In this document: one piece after another, positions 28,938 to 39,767 of the stretch
How positions within the stretch are numbered: position 1 is the stretch's first letter
Layout: every line of letters starts with the position of its first letter
Assembly: GCA_965261735.1 (NCBI GenBank)
Contig: OZ253470.1
Span: forward strand, 128,001 to 192,000
Length of the DNA: 64,000 bases
Source of the DNA: Alphaproteobacteria bacterium
GTDB taxonomy: Bacteria; Pseudomonadota; Alphaproteobacteria; SHVV01
Reading direction: 5' to 3'
Translations under genes and position numbers: made by a program
The notes under the pieces: generated by a model
Told to the model about the DNA's origin: nothing
Databases searched by the model: none
Seen by the model: only the letters and a program-made list of their open reading frames with translations

Positions 28938-31900
28938 ATGCGGATCGCGCGCCGATCTACGAAGGCTGGGCAGTCGCCTTATGCGGCCATTCCCTTCAGG
29001 ATAGTAAGTAGTGAGATCCGTAACCCGGACGGGTCGCTCGTCTTCGAGATGGCGGACTGTGAGGTACCGCAGGCCTGGTCGCAGGTGGCGTCCGACATCC
29101 TGGCGCAGAAATATTTTCGCAAGAAGGGCGTGCCTACCCGGCTCAAGCCGTTGCCCGAGGACGGGGTGCCGTCCTGGTTGTGGCGGCGCGTCACGGACGA
29201 GGAAGCGCTGGTGGCCCTGCCCGACTCCGAGCGCGAAAGCGCCGAGTCGAGCGCCAAGCAGGTCTTCGAACGCCTCGCGGGCACGTGGACCTATTGGGGC
29301 TGGAAGGGCGGCTACTTCGACACCGAAGACGACGCTCGCGCCTACTTCGACGAAATGCGCTACATGCTGGCGAGTCAGATGGGCGCGCCCAATTCGCCGC
29401 AGTGGTTCAACACCGGCATCCATTGGGCCTATGGCATCGACGGGCCGGCGCAGGGTCATTGGCACGTCGACCACGTGAGCGGCGAGGTCAAGCCCTCCGA
29501 CACGGCCTACGAGCATCCGCAGCCCCACGCCTGCTTCATCCAGGGCGTGAACGACGACCTCGCCAACGAGGGCGGCATCATGGACCTGTGGGTGCGCGAG
29601 GCGCGCCTGTTCAAGTACGGCTCGGGCACCGGCTCCAACTTCTCGGCTTTGCGCGGTGCCGGCGAAGCCCTGTCGGGCGGCGGTAAGTCGTCGGGCCTGA
29701 TGAGCTTCCTCAAGATCGGCGACCGCGCCGCGGGCGCCATCAAGTCGGGCGGGACGACGCGGCGCGCCGCCAAGATGGTGGTGGTCGACGTCGACCATCC
29801 CGATATCGAGGAATTCGTCTCCTGGAAGGTGACCGAGGAGCAGAAGGTCGCGGCGCTTGTGACGGGCTCGAAGCTCGCTAACAAGCACCTCAATGCCGTC
29901 ATGCGGGCCTGCCATGCGCTCGCCGGGCCGGGCCGCTTTACGCCGGCCGATAACCCTGAGCTCAAAAAGGCCATCGGCGATGCCCGCCGGGCGATGGTCT
30001 CCGAGAGCTACATCCAGCGCGTCGTCCAGTTCGCGGAACAAGGCTTCACCGAGATCGATTTCCGCGTCTACGACACCGACTGGGACGGCGACGCCTACTT
30101 CACGGTATCGGGCCAGAACGCCAACAACACGGTGCGCGTCACGGACGCCTTCATGGCCGCGCTCGATAAGGACGAACCCTGGGCGCTGACGCGGCGCACC
30201 GACGGCGGCGTCGCCAAGACGTTGCGCGCCCGCGATCTATGGGACCAGGTGGCGGAAGCCGCCTGGCAGTCGGCCGACCCGGGCGTGCAGTTCCACACCA
30301 CGATCAACGATTGGCACACCTGCCCCTCTGGCGGCGATATTCACGCGTCGAACCCGTGCTCGGAATACATGTTCCTCGACGACACCGCCTGCAACCTGGC
30401 GTCGCTCAACCTCATGAACTTCCGCCGCCGGGACAAGAGCTTCGACGTCGAGGCGTTCCAGCATGCCGTCCGGCTGTGGACGATCACGCTGGAAGTATCG
30501 GTGTTGATGGCACAGTTCCCGTCGCGGCGCATTGCCGAGCTGTCGTACGGCTATCGAACGCTCGGGCTCGGTTACGCGAACATAGGTGCCCTGCTGATGG
30601 CCGCCGCCATCCCCTACGACAGCGCCGCCGGGAGGGCCCTGTGCGGGGCAATCACGGCGCTGATGACGGGGACCGCCTACGCGACCTCGGCGGAAATGGC
30701 GCGTGAGCTCGGGGCCTTCCCGCATTTCAAGGCGAACCGCGACGCCATGCTACGTGTCATGCGCAACCACCGGCGCGCCGCCCATGGTCTCGCCCAGGGT
30801 TACGAGGCGCTCGCGGTGGCGCCGGTACCGCTGGACGTGGCCTCCTGCCCCGACGCCGGGCTGGCCGGCGCGGCGCGCGAGGCGTGGGACCTTGCGGTGG
30901 CCGCGGGCGAGGAACACGGGTACCGCAACGCCCAGGCCACGGTCATCGCGCCGACCGGCACCATCGGGCTCGTCATGGACTGCGACACGACCGGAATCGA
31001 GCCCGATTTTACCACGGTCAAGTTCAAGAAGCTCGCCGGCGGCGGGTACTTCCGCATCATCAACCGGACGATTCCGGAAGCGCTGGCCGCGCTCGGCTAC
31101 TCCGAATCACAGATCGCCGACATCACGCGCTACGCTACCGGCCGCGGCACGCTCGCCGGTGCCCCCGCCATCGATCACGATGCGTTGGCCTCCAGGGACT
31201 TCTCGGAGGATGCGCTGGCCAAGGTCGAAAACCTGCTCGAAAGCGCCTTCGACATCAAATACGCGTTCAACAAGTGGACGCTGGGCGAGACCTTCTGCAC
31301 CGAGGTGTTGGGCCTGGATGCGCATCGCCTCGCCGAACCGGGCTTCGATCTGCTGAGCGAACTCGGCTTCTCCAAGACCGAGATCGAGGCGGCCAACACC
31401 TACTGCTGCGGCTCCATGACGCTGGAGGGAGCGCCGCATCTCGACCCTGAGCACCTAGCCGTGTTCGACTGTGCCACCCCGTGCGGCCGCCTCGGTGTAC
31501 GCTTCCTCTCGGCCGAGAGCCATATCCGCATGATGGCGGCGGCGCAGCCGTTCATCTCCGGCGCCATTTCGAAGACCATCAACATGCCGAACGCCGCTCG
31601 CGTGGAGGACTGCCGCGACGCTTACATGCTGTCCTGGCAACTCGCGCTCAAGGCGACGGCGCTCTACCGCGACGGCTCGAAGCTGTCGCAGCCGCTCGCC
31701 GGGATCGCGCTGGACGACGAGAGTGATGACGCGGCCGCCGAGGCGCCGCTGCGGCCGCAGGTCGTTGCCGAGCGCATGGTCGAGGAGATCGAGCGCGCCA
31801 GCCGGCTCCGACTCCCTCAGCGGCGCAAGGGCTACACCCAGAAGGCCACGGTGGGCGGCCATAAGGTCTATTTGCGCACCGGCGAGTACGACTCAGGCGC

Positions 31901-32579
31901 GCTCGGCGAAATCTTCATCGACATGCACAAGGAAGGGGCCGCGTTCCGCAGTCTCATGAACAATTTCGCGATCGCCATATCGATCGGCCTGCAGTACGGC
32001 GTGCCGCTCGATGAATTCGTCGACGCCTTCACCTTCACTCGCTTCGAGCCCTCGGGCATCGTCGAGGGCAACGAGGTGATCAAGATGTCGACCTCGATCG
32101 TCGACTACGTATTCCGGGAGCTCGCGGTCTCCTATCTCAACCGCGAGGACCTCGCCCATGTCGACCTCGAGGACCTGCGCCACGACAGTATCGGCAAGGG
32201 CGAGGCTCGCGCCGACACGGACGAAGCGGCGCATTCCGATCTGCGCCCCGCGGCGGACATGGGGCTCACCAGCATCGGTTATGTGCGCAACAATCTTTAT
32301 GTGGTCAACGGCGGCTCGTCCGCCAAAGAGACCATGGCCGCGGCGCCCGCCGCGGTTATGACGGCGACCGTCGGTGTCCAGGCCGACGGCGACGCCGAAC
32401 CCGCCGCCCTCGCCACGATGGCGGCGGCCGCGGTCGACGGCAAGCTGACGCGTATCCGCGAGGCGCGGATGCGCGGCTATGAGGGCGACGCTTGTAGTGA
32501 GTGTGGCAACTTCACGCTGGTACGCAATGGGACCTGTCTCAAGTGTGACACCTGTGGCGCCACCAGCGGCTGCTCCTGA
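28938..32579 (+). CDS. nrdJ: Vitamin B12-dependent (class II) ribonucleotide reductase
   Basis: [35 protein letters not shown] and ISKTIN; C-terminal TSCPD domain and CxxC...CxxC. Confidence 0.97.
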   Translation: MRIARRSTKAGQSPYAAIPFRIVSSEIRNPDGSLVFEMADCEVPQAWSQVASDILAQKYFRKKGVPTRLKPLPEDGVPSWLWRRVTDEEALVALPDSERESAESSAKQVFERLAGTWTYWGWKGGYFDTEDDARAYFDEMRYMLASQMGAPNSPQWFNTGIHWAYGIDGPAQGHWHVDHVSGEVKPSDTAYEHPQPHACFIQGVNDDLANEGGIMDLWVREARLFKYGSGTGSNFSALRGAGEALSGGGKSSGLMSFLKIGDRAAGAIKSGGTTRRAAKMVVVDVDHPDIEEFVSWKVTEEQKVAALVTGSKLANKHLNAVMRACHALAGPGRFTPADNPELKKAIGDARRAMVSESYIQRVVQFAEQGFTEIDFRVYDTDWDGDAYFTVSGQNANNTVRVTDAFMAALDKDEPWALTRRTDGGVAKTLRARDLWDQVAEAAWQSADPGVQFHTTINDWHTCPSGGDIHASNPCSEYMFLDDTACNLASLNLMNFRRRDKSFDVEAFQHAVRLWTITLEVSVLMAQFPSRRIAELSYGYRTLGLGYANIGALLMAAAIPYDSAAGRALCGAITALMTGTAYATSAEMARELGAFPHFKANRDAMLRVMRNHRRAAHGLAQGYEALAVAPVPLDVASCPDAGLAGAAREAWDLAVAAGEEHGYRNAQATVIAPTGTIGLVMDCDTTGIEPDFTTVKFKKLAGGGYFRIINRTIPEALAALGYSESQIADITRYATGRGTLAGAPAIDHDALASRDFSEDALAKVENLLESAFDIKYAFNKWTLGETFCTEVLGLDAHRLAEPGFDLLSELGFSKTEIEAANTYCCGSMTLEGAPHLDPEHLAVFDCATPCGRLGVRFLSAESHIRMMAAAQPFISGAISKTINMPNAARVEDCRDAYMLSWQLALKATALYRDGSKLSQPLAGIALDDESDDAAAEAPLRPQVVAERMVEEIERASRLRLPQRRKGYTQKATVGGHKVYLRTGEYDSGALGEIFIDMHKEGAAFRSLMNNFAIAISIGLQYGVPLDEFVDAFTFTRFEPSGIVEGNEVIKMSTSIVDYVFRELAVSYLNREDLAHVDLEDLRHDSIGKGEARADTDEAAHSDLRPAADMGLTSIGYVRNNLYVVNGGSSAKETMAAAPAAVMTATVGVQADGDAEPAALATMAAAAVDGKLTRIREARMRGYEGDACSECGNFTLVRNGTCLKCDTCGATSGCS

Positions 32580-32621
32580 CCGCACGGTAGCGTACGCGTA
32601 AGCATTGGTAGTCCTCCCTGC

Positions 32622-32657
32622 AAAAAGGGGCGCGCTTACCGGCGCGCCCCTTTTTTT
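32622..32657. terminator. Bidirectional Rho-independent terminator
   Basis: AAAAAGGGGCGCGC-TTACCG-GCGCGCCCCTTTTTTT between convergent genes. Confidence 0.9.
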
Positions 32658-32673
32658 GTCCTGGGCGGCTCGC

Positions 32674-32931
32674 TCAGGACCCGGGCGGCGATTGCTTGCC
32701 GCCGCGCTGACGCCCGCGTCGACCGCGAAAGCGCAACATCAGCCCGAGAACGACGACACCTAGACCAAAGAGCGCCAGCGTCATCGGCTCGGCCAACACG
32801 GTCAAAGCAAGCGGGTCCGCAACATCGAATGGGGTGATGCGCGCCGCTTGGGCGAGCGCGTTACCGTGCCAGGCAGCGAACGCCGCAAGGCACGCCATCC
32901 CCACGCGCCACATCGAGAGGTGAAAAGCCAT
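32674..32931 (-). CDS. Very small exported protein with a PEP-CTERM-like tail
   Basis: Signal peptide ending ALA/QAA; tail LAEPMTLALFGLGVVVLGLMLRFRGRR resembles VPEPxTLxLFGLG-TM-RRR. Start could be 32931 or 32943. Confidence 0.65.
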   Translation of the reverse strand: MAFHLSMWRVGMACLAAFAAWHGNALAQAARITPFDVADPLALTVLAEPMTLALFGLGVVVLGLMLRFRGRRGRQRGGKQSPPGS

Positions 32932-32974
32932 GTCACGCACCAAACTCGTTTACAACCGTATCCAGCCCAAAACC

Positions 32975-33174
32975 GTGCAAATATCACACCGAACGGAAAA
33001 AAGACGCAATTACAAAGTTTTAATGAATTAACAGCCCCGCCCGCGCCCAACGACTGTAAACTCTTCCGACACCCCCGAGTGCATCGCGCTCAGGGAAATG
33101 CGTCAAACGCCCTGGTTTTACTAGAGATTTGGCGCCGCCATCAGGATTTGGCCGAACTGTCAGGTTTCTTTACA
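32975..33174 (-). promoter_or_regulatory. Putative sigma54 promoter with two TGT-N11-ACA enhancer boxes
   Basis: Minus strand CGGTGTGATATTTGCA has GG-N10-GC at 32990-32977. Boxes TGTAAACTCTTCCGACA (33055-33071) and TGTCAGGTTTCTTTACA (33158-33174). AT-rich tract between promoter and boxes. Confidence 0.6.
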
Positions 33175-33252
33175 GAGTTAGCCGGATTGGGCTCGACCTC
33201 CGGATTTACAGGGACGCGGCGCTGAACTACGGTAGCGACGCACGGAGTTGTC

Positions 33253-34410
33253 ATGTCGACCACACCCGCCGCCGAAAAGCCCAAGTTCGCCGTTCATATC
33301 GCTCGCGACGACGGCGAGCGGCAACGCATCTTCCGTTTCCGCTACCAATGCCTGACCCAAGAGATGGGCGCCGACTCGGTGCACGCGGATCACAATAAGA
33401 AGACGCTGAGCGACGACCTCGACGCCCGCGCGATCCAGCTCTACATGACCGAGGGAGGTCAGGTGATCGCGGCCGTGCGAATAAACGTGGTCGAGGACGG
33501 CATACCGCAGCCGCTCTCCGACCATCTCAAATTCGAGGCGTTCAAGGACTTTCCCGCCAGCTCCCTAACGCTTACCTCGCGCCTGATGGTGGCCGCCGAC
33601 TGGCGCGCCTCGGGGGCGACACAGGTGCTTCTCGGCGCCGCCTACAAGATCGCGCAAAAGCGCGGCAGCCGCTTCGATTTCTGCGCTTGCGGCCCGGCAC
33701 TGGTGGAGATTTTCGAACTCCTCGGCTACCGCCGCTACACGAGCAATTTCGTCGATGAGGACGACGGTTATCAGATACCGCTCGTCATGGTCATGGAAGA
33801 TGCCGCCTATTTGCTCGCGATCCGATCGCCGTTCGCACGGCTCGCCATCGAATCGAAATCCGGAGACAATGCGGTCGCTTGGTTCACGAAGCACTTTGGC
33901 GACCACGTGGCGCCGGTGCTCACGCGGCGCATGAACGAAGAGCAGTTCTGGGAGTTCCTCACGGAACGCATGCACCAGACGCCCCTCGTCGGCATCCCGC
34001 TGCTCGAAGGCATCCGCTTCGCGGACGCGAAGCGGTTGGTCAAGGCGGGCACGGTGTTGCGCTGCAAGGCCGGCGACCGGATCGTACGCGCCGGCGAGGT
34101 CGGCCGCGAAATGTTCGTCGTCCTCAGCGGCGCCGTCGAAGTGCAGGGCGACGCCGGGAACGCCCTGACCACGCTCGGTGCCGGCGCCCTGTTCGGGGAA
34201 ATAGGCCTCTTCAGCCAGTCGCCGCGCACGGCCAACGTCGTCGCCAAACAGGATGTCGAGGTGCTGGTGCTAACCCAGGACTTCATCACACGAAGCATGA
34301 AATCCATGCCCGAAGTCGCAGCGGCGCTATTGTTCAACCTGTCGCGGATCCTTAGCGCGAGGCTGCGCGACAGCACGCGCCAGTGGATCGACGCTTGCCT
34401 ATCCGGTTAA
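33253..34410 (+). CDS. GNAT-fold acyltransferase (FeeM/N-acyl amino acid synthase-like) fused to a cyclic nucleotide-binding domain; 3' end replaced by an IS
   Basis: IFRFRY...D-D...R-N...SRLMVAADWR...LGYRRY in the N-terminal half; MFVVLSGAVEV...LFGEIGL...PRTANVVA cNMP cassette. Confidence 0.8.
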   Translation: MSTTPAAEKPKFAVHIARDDGERQRIFRFRYQCLTQEMGADSVHADHNKKTLSDDLDARAIQLYMTEGGQVIAAVRINVVEDGIPQPLSDHLKFEAFKDFPASSLTLTSRLMVAADWRASGATQVLLGAAYKIAQKRGSRFDFCACGPALVEIFELLGYRRYTSNFVDEDDGYQIPLVMVMEDAAYLLAIRSPFARLAIESKSGDNAVAWFTKHFGDHVAPVLTRRMNEEQFWEFLTERMHQTPLVGIPLLEGIRFADAKRLVKAGTVLRCKAGDRIVRAGEVGREMFVVLSGAVEVQGDAGNALTTLGAGALFGEIGLFSQSPRTANVVAKQDVEVLVLTQDFITRSMKSMPEVAAALLFNLSRILSARLRDSTRQWIDACLSG

Positions 34411-34809
34411 CGCCCATGACCGCTACATGTAGGGTGCCACCACTCTCCCGAGTAAAGCTCGGCATAGGTTGGAGCAGAGGTGTCGCCCGCGATGCCGAGC
34501 AATGAGCGGAAGGCGTTGAACGGGTAGAACCGCCTGTTGAAGCGGAAGGTGAACTCGTTGAGGTAGGCTTGTAGGTGCTGGTGGCTAACGCCGTGGTGGA
34601 TACCGATCAGCCACGTCTTCAGGTTGGCGAAAACCAGATGGATGATCGGCAGGTATTGCTCGGCAACCTCTGGATCACCACACTCGGCAACAGCGAAGTG
34701 CTCATAGCCGCGCTTACCGAGGCCAGCATAGCCGCTCCAATCGTCAGTAACGATCAGCGATCGCGGCGCGACGGTGCTCTCGACGAACCCACAGAGCGAC
34801 TCGGCGCTA

Positions 34810-37507
34810 GGGAGTATCCGGAATTTTGTGCTTTGGGCCATAGTGATGAAAAAGAAAGGAGCATCCTATGGCAATCGAGAAGGAACTATTGGACCAGCTG
34901 TTGGAGGGGCGTGATCCGGAAACGGTATTCACCCAGGACGGTCTGCTTGACGAGTTGAAGAAAGGGCTGTCGGAACGTGTCCTGAATGCGGAGCTCGACG
35001 CGCATCTCGATGCGGAAACGGCGGATGGAAAAACCAATCGCCATAACGGCCGATCGCAGAAGACGGTCCTCACGGGTACGTCGAAGGTGACGCTGGATAT
35101 TCCACGTGACCGGGCCGGCACCTTCGATCCGCAGCTGATCGCTAAATACCAGCGCCGGTTCCCGGACTTCGACGAGAAGATCATCTCCATGTATGCCCGC
35201 GGCATGACGGTCCGCGAGATCCGCGGTCACCTTCAGGAGCTGTACGGTATAGAGGTCTCACCGGACCTGATCTCAACGGTCACCGATGCCGTTCTCGAGG
35301 AGGTGAGCGAATGGCAGAACCGGCCGCTGGATGCCTGCTACGCCATCGTTTTCTTCGACGCCATCCGGGTCAAGATCCGCGACGAGGGGTTCGTTCGCAA
35401 CAAGGCGGTGTATATCGCCCTCGCCATTCTTCCCGATGGCACCAAGGAGATCCTCGGTCTGTGGATCGAGCAGACCGAAGGCGCCAAGTTCTGGCTGCGC
35501 GTCATGAATGAGCTCAAGAACCGGGGCGTGCAGGACATCCTGCTCGCCGTCGTCGATGGTCTCAAGGGCTTCCCCGAGGCGATCAACGCCACCTTCCCCG
35601 AGACTGTGGTTCAGACCTGTATCGTCCACCTGATGGCTGTGTCTCGAAAGTGGTGGAAATTTGAGGATGGCGTAATCTCCGGGTGACAAGACAACCACCC
35701 AATCGGCGGCTAGCACCGCCAAGGAGATCACGCCATGAAGAACACTACCGAGACTTCCGCGCTTTCGCTACTGGCCAATGACGCCGGCTATGATCCGATC
35801 GAGGACCGGCTGCGGGAGAACATCAGATCCACGATCGAGGCCGTTTTTGAGGAGGAACTTGCGCAGTTTCTCGGGCGCTGCCGATACGGTCGAGAGGACG
35901 CGCTTCGGCAAGGGTATCGGAACGGGCACCGGGAGCGGCAACTGACGGGGACATTCGGGACCGAGAGGGTGAGCGTGCCGCGTGCGCGGATCGTTGAGGA
36001 AGACGGTCGGGCGTCGGAATGGCGTTCGCGGGCGCTGCCGCGCTACCAGCGGCTGACCAGAAAGGCCGAGGCGCTGATCGCTTCGGTGTATCTGTCCGGA
36101 ACCAACACGCGGCGGGTGAAACGCGCGCTGTTCGGGCTCTTCCGGGGTGCTGTGAGCAAGGACGTTGTGAGCCGGGCGTGGCGCAAGGTGAAGGTCGATT
36201 GGGACGCCTGGTGCAGCCGTGGCCTCGCGGATGAGGATATCGTTCGGCTGATCCTTGACGGCACTGTGATCAAGACCCGACTGGACCGCAAGGCCACCAA
36301 CATCTCGGTTCTCGCGGCTATAGGGGTGCGCCGGGATGGCCAGAAGGTCTTGCTTTCGATCGGGAATATGGGCGGAGAAAGCCAGGCGGCGTGGCGCCAG
36401 TTCCTCGACGACCTTGATGCGCGTGGACTGAAACGGCCCGGGTTTGTCATCGTCGATGGCGCGCCGGGACTGGAGGCGGCTCTGTCGGCGCTTTGGGGCG
36501 ATGACCTTCCCGTTCAACGCTGCACCGTGCACAAGCACCGCAACCTTCTGGGTCATGCTCCCAAACACATGCATGACGAGCTGAGCGAAGATTACCGCGA
36601 TATGATCTATGCCGACACTGCCTCCGAGGTGGAAACCCGCCGCAAGGCGTTTGTCCGCAAGTGGCGGCTGAAATGCAGGGCCGTCGCGGACAGCCTCGCA
36701 GAAGCGGGCGACAAGCTCTTTACCTTCACGCGCCTGTCCAAGAGCCAATGGAAATCAGCCCGAACGACCAACGCCATTGAGCGTCTCAACGAGGAGTTCA
36801 AGCGCCGGATCAAAACACAGACCGTGCTGCCGTGTCCCGAAACAGTGCCGATGCTCCTCTGGGCACTCCTCGCTTCCGGCCAAATCCAGATGCGCAAAGT
36901 CGATGGATGGGAAACCCTCGATCAGCTAATCGCCGACGAAACCCTTGACCGCGCAGCCTGACCGCCGCAAAACTCAACCCGCTCGGAGAGGCGCCAAAAC
37001 CAATTTCCACCACTTTCGAGACACAACCCGCCTGATCCGCCATTCCATGAATTTTGCGTCATGGAAGGATCGAAAACATGTGGCCAAGGCGCTCAGGGAC
37101 GTATACCGGGCCAAGGACGCCGATGCCGGCCTGGCGGCGCTGGATGCCTTCGAGGCCGGCCCCTGGGGCGAGAAATATCCGGCCATCGCACAGAGCTGGC
37201 GGCGCAACTGGGAACACGTCTCGCCCTTCTTTGTCTTCCCCGAGGCGGTACGCAGGATTGTCTACACCACAAACGCCATCGAGTCGCTCAACGCCAAGAT
37301 CCGGCGCGCTGTCCGCACCCGCGGCCACTTCCCCAGTGACGAGGCCGCCTCGAAGTTGTTATATCTCGTTCTCGATCATGCGGCCGAGACGTGGAAACGT
37401 CCGCCGCGGGAATGGTTCGAGGCCAAAACACAGTTCGCCGTCATCTTCGGCGAAAGGTTCGTCAATGTCTGACAAAACGGCCCGAGCACAAATCTTCTGA
37501 CACTCCC
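34810..37507 (+). mobile_element. IS256-family element A, transposase interrupted by element B
   Basis: IRs GGGAGTATCCGGAATTTTGTGC / GGGAGTGTCAGAAGATTTGTGC; TSD CGGCGCTA at 34802-34809 and 37508-37515. Transposase 34868-35634 plus 37037-37472 rejoins in frame (TCIVHLIRHS). Confidence 0.92.
35635..37028 (+). mobile_element. IS256-family element B with intact transposase (35735-36961)
   Basis: Near-perfect IRs GG(C/T)TGTGTCTCGAAAGTGGTGGAAATT; flanks CACCTGAT / CGCCTGAT; 408-aa ORF with QRCTVH and TTNAIERLN. Confidence 0.93.
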
Positions 37508-38094
37508 CGGCGCTACGGTCGAGCACGACGGCGAGCCGAACGCGTCCGGCATAGCGTCCGTCTTTCCGGTTGTCGAGCTTGGTGCCCGGCTTTCGATGAC
37601 GCACCTCGATGGCACAGGAGACGGGAACCTTGTGGTGAACACCACGGCCTTCCCCACGCGTTCGCCCGCCAACCCAGGTTTCGTCCACCTCAACATGGTT
37701 CTTGGGCTGTCCACCGATCCTGTCTTGGTTGGGCCGCACCATGCCCGAGCGGAGCTTGTGGAGAATTTGAAAGGCCGTCTCGTAGCGCGAAAGACCAAGT
37801 TGCCGCTGAAACTGCACGGCGGACATGCCGGGCGTCTGACTGGCGACCAGATAAGCGGCCCAGAACCAGACGTTCAGCGGAGTGTGGCTACGCTCCATCA
37901 CTGTTCCCACCGTCAGCCCGGTGTTCTGGCGGCACTTGCGGCAGCGCAGGACGCCAGGGCGGTTTTCAAAGTGGAACGGCTCTCCCGCCGTGCCGCAGTG
38001 CGGGCAGGCAAAGCCGTCTCCCCAGCGGGCTTTCTCCAGGTAGGCGGCGCAGGCCGCATCATCGGGGAAAAGTCGCTGGAACTCGGGTAGCGAA

Positions 38095-39528
38095 GATCGT
38101 GTCCCGCGGAGTGGTGTAAGAGCGTTGCGCTCTACGCGGCTCCCGGCGGGTAGGGCCGGGACGTTCAGGCTGCCACGGTGGGCAGCGTGATGGGGACACC
38201 ATCGCTCAGCGGAGCGATGGATTCCAGCGTCATGTATCTCCTTGAGACGGCCCACTCGTCGTTCTGCTCGAGAAGGATGGCGCCGACGAGCCGTGTGATG
38301 GCGGCTTCGTTGGGAAAGATACCGACGACGTTGGTGCGACGCTTGACCTCGGCATGGAGCCGTTCGATCGGGTTTGTGGAGTGCAATTTCTGGCGGTGCT
38401 CCCTGGGGAAGCTCATGTAGGCGAGGACGTCGTGCTCGGCTTCGTCCATGAGAACTGCCAGCTTGGGCACCTTGGGCCTGAGCTGGTCGGCGACCTGGCG
38501 CCACTGGACCTTCGCGCTGTCGGCGTCCTCCTGGGCGAAGGCGGAGACGACGCGCCGGCCCTGGCGGCCGGCATGGGCCAGCAGGTTGCGGGCGAAGTGC
38601 ACGCGGCAGCGCTGCCATGTGGCGCCGAGGATCCGGGTCGCGGCGGCCTTCAGGCCCTTGTGGTCGTCGGAGATCACCAGCTTCACGCCGCGCAGCCCGC
38701 GCCGGGCCAGCGAGCGCAGGAACTCGGTCCAGAAGGTCTCGGCCTCCGACGCGCCGATCGCCACGCCCAGGACCTCGCGGCGGCCTTGGTCGTTGACGGC
38801 CACAGCCACGGTCACCGCGACCGAGACGATGCGTCCGGTCTGGCGCACCTTCACGTAGGTGGCGTCGAGCCACAGATAGGGTCAGTCGCCCTCCAGCGGT
38901 CGATCGAGGAAGCCGGTGACCTTATCGTCGATCTCGCCGCACAGCCTGGAGACCTGGCTCTTGGAGGCGCCCGACATCCCCATCGCCTGGACCAGATCGT
39001 CGACCGAGCGGGTCGACACCCCCTGGATGTAGGCCTCCTGGATCACCGCAGCCAGCGCCTTCTCGGCCATCCGCCGCGGCTCCAGGAAGCCCGGGAAGTA
39101 GCTTCCCTTCCTCAGCTTCGGGATCTTCAGCTCGACCGTGCCGGCCCGCGTCTCCCAGGACCGGTCGCGGTAGCCGTTGCGATGGGTGATACGATCCGCC
39201 GAGCGCTCGCCGTGCCCGGCGCCGGTCAGGCCCTCAACCTCCAGTGCCATCAGCCGCTCGGCCGTGAAGCCGATCATCTCGCAAAGCAGATCGGCATCGG
39301 AGCTCTTCTCCAAAAGCGCGCGCAGGGTCATCATGTCCTGGGTCATCGTGGTTCTCCTTCGGGTCAGGTTGGTTTGCACTAGCCCAACCCTAAACCGGAA
39401 CCGCGATGGCCTCCGCTGTGGATAGCCGGCTTGCCTACGCCAGACTCTCGGCGGTCGCTACGGCAAGCCGCCTACCCACAGCTACCAGAGGCTCCAACAA
39501 CTCCTACACCACGTCCTGGGACACGACC
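38095..39528 (-). mobile_element. IS256-family element C, transposase pseudogene (39346-38165)
   Basis: IRs GATCGTGTCCCGCGGAGTGGTGTAAG / GGTCGTGTCCCAGGACGTGGTGTAGG; TSD GTAGCGAA at 38087-38094 and 39529-39536; in-frame TGA at 38882-38884 in LEGD*PYLWLDA. Confidence 0.9.
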
Positions 39529-39767
39529 GTAGCGAATGCGGGAATGGGAGATCGGCGCGGTCGAGAACATCCATGGCGCGCTCCCCTATATCCGGTTTGC
39601 GCCCATTCTAGCCCTAGTGGGTGTGGGTGTAAACCGGATAAGCAAGGATCGACGCCGTTGGCGGCACGGCCGCGGCCAGCGATGCGCCAGAACCGGAGGG
39701 CGAGGCCGCGGCGGCGGGCGCGGGCGAGGCCGGTGCCTAGCCCCCTCCGCCGATAGCGCCGAGCCCG

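Larger units (their letters stand above)
34394..39646 (-). mobile_element. IS1595-family element interrupted by IS256 elements
   Basis: IRs CTTGCCTATCCGGTTAACGCCCA / CTTGCTTATCCGGTTTACACCCA; 8-bp TSD GATCGACG at 34386-34393 and 39647-39654. Transposase (Zn ribbon CPHC..CRKC, VEVDET, TD, YLNEF) is split into 39574-39529, 38094-37508 and 34809-34407. Confidence 0.92.

Noticed and set aside
28938-32579. Intein or intron in the long nrdJ
   Set aside because: Length and motif order fit ordinary alphaproteobacterial NrdJ; no splice-junction motifs were seen.
37359-38873. 504-aa ORF spanning IS256-C and IS1595
   Set aside because: Read-through from an off-frame IS256 region into the middle IS1595 fragment; not a real gene.
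38882-38884. In-frame TGA in the IS256-C transposase as possible recoding
   Set aside because: It replaces a conserved Trp (TGG->TGA), the element also appears to carry a small deletion, and other genes use TGA as stop. Simple decay explains it.
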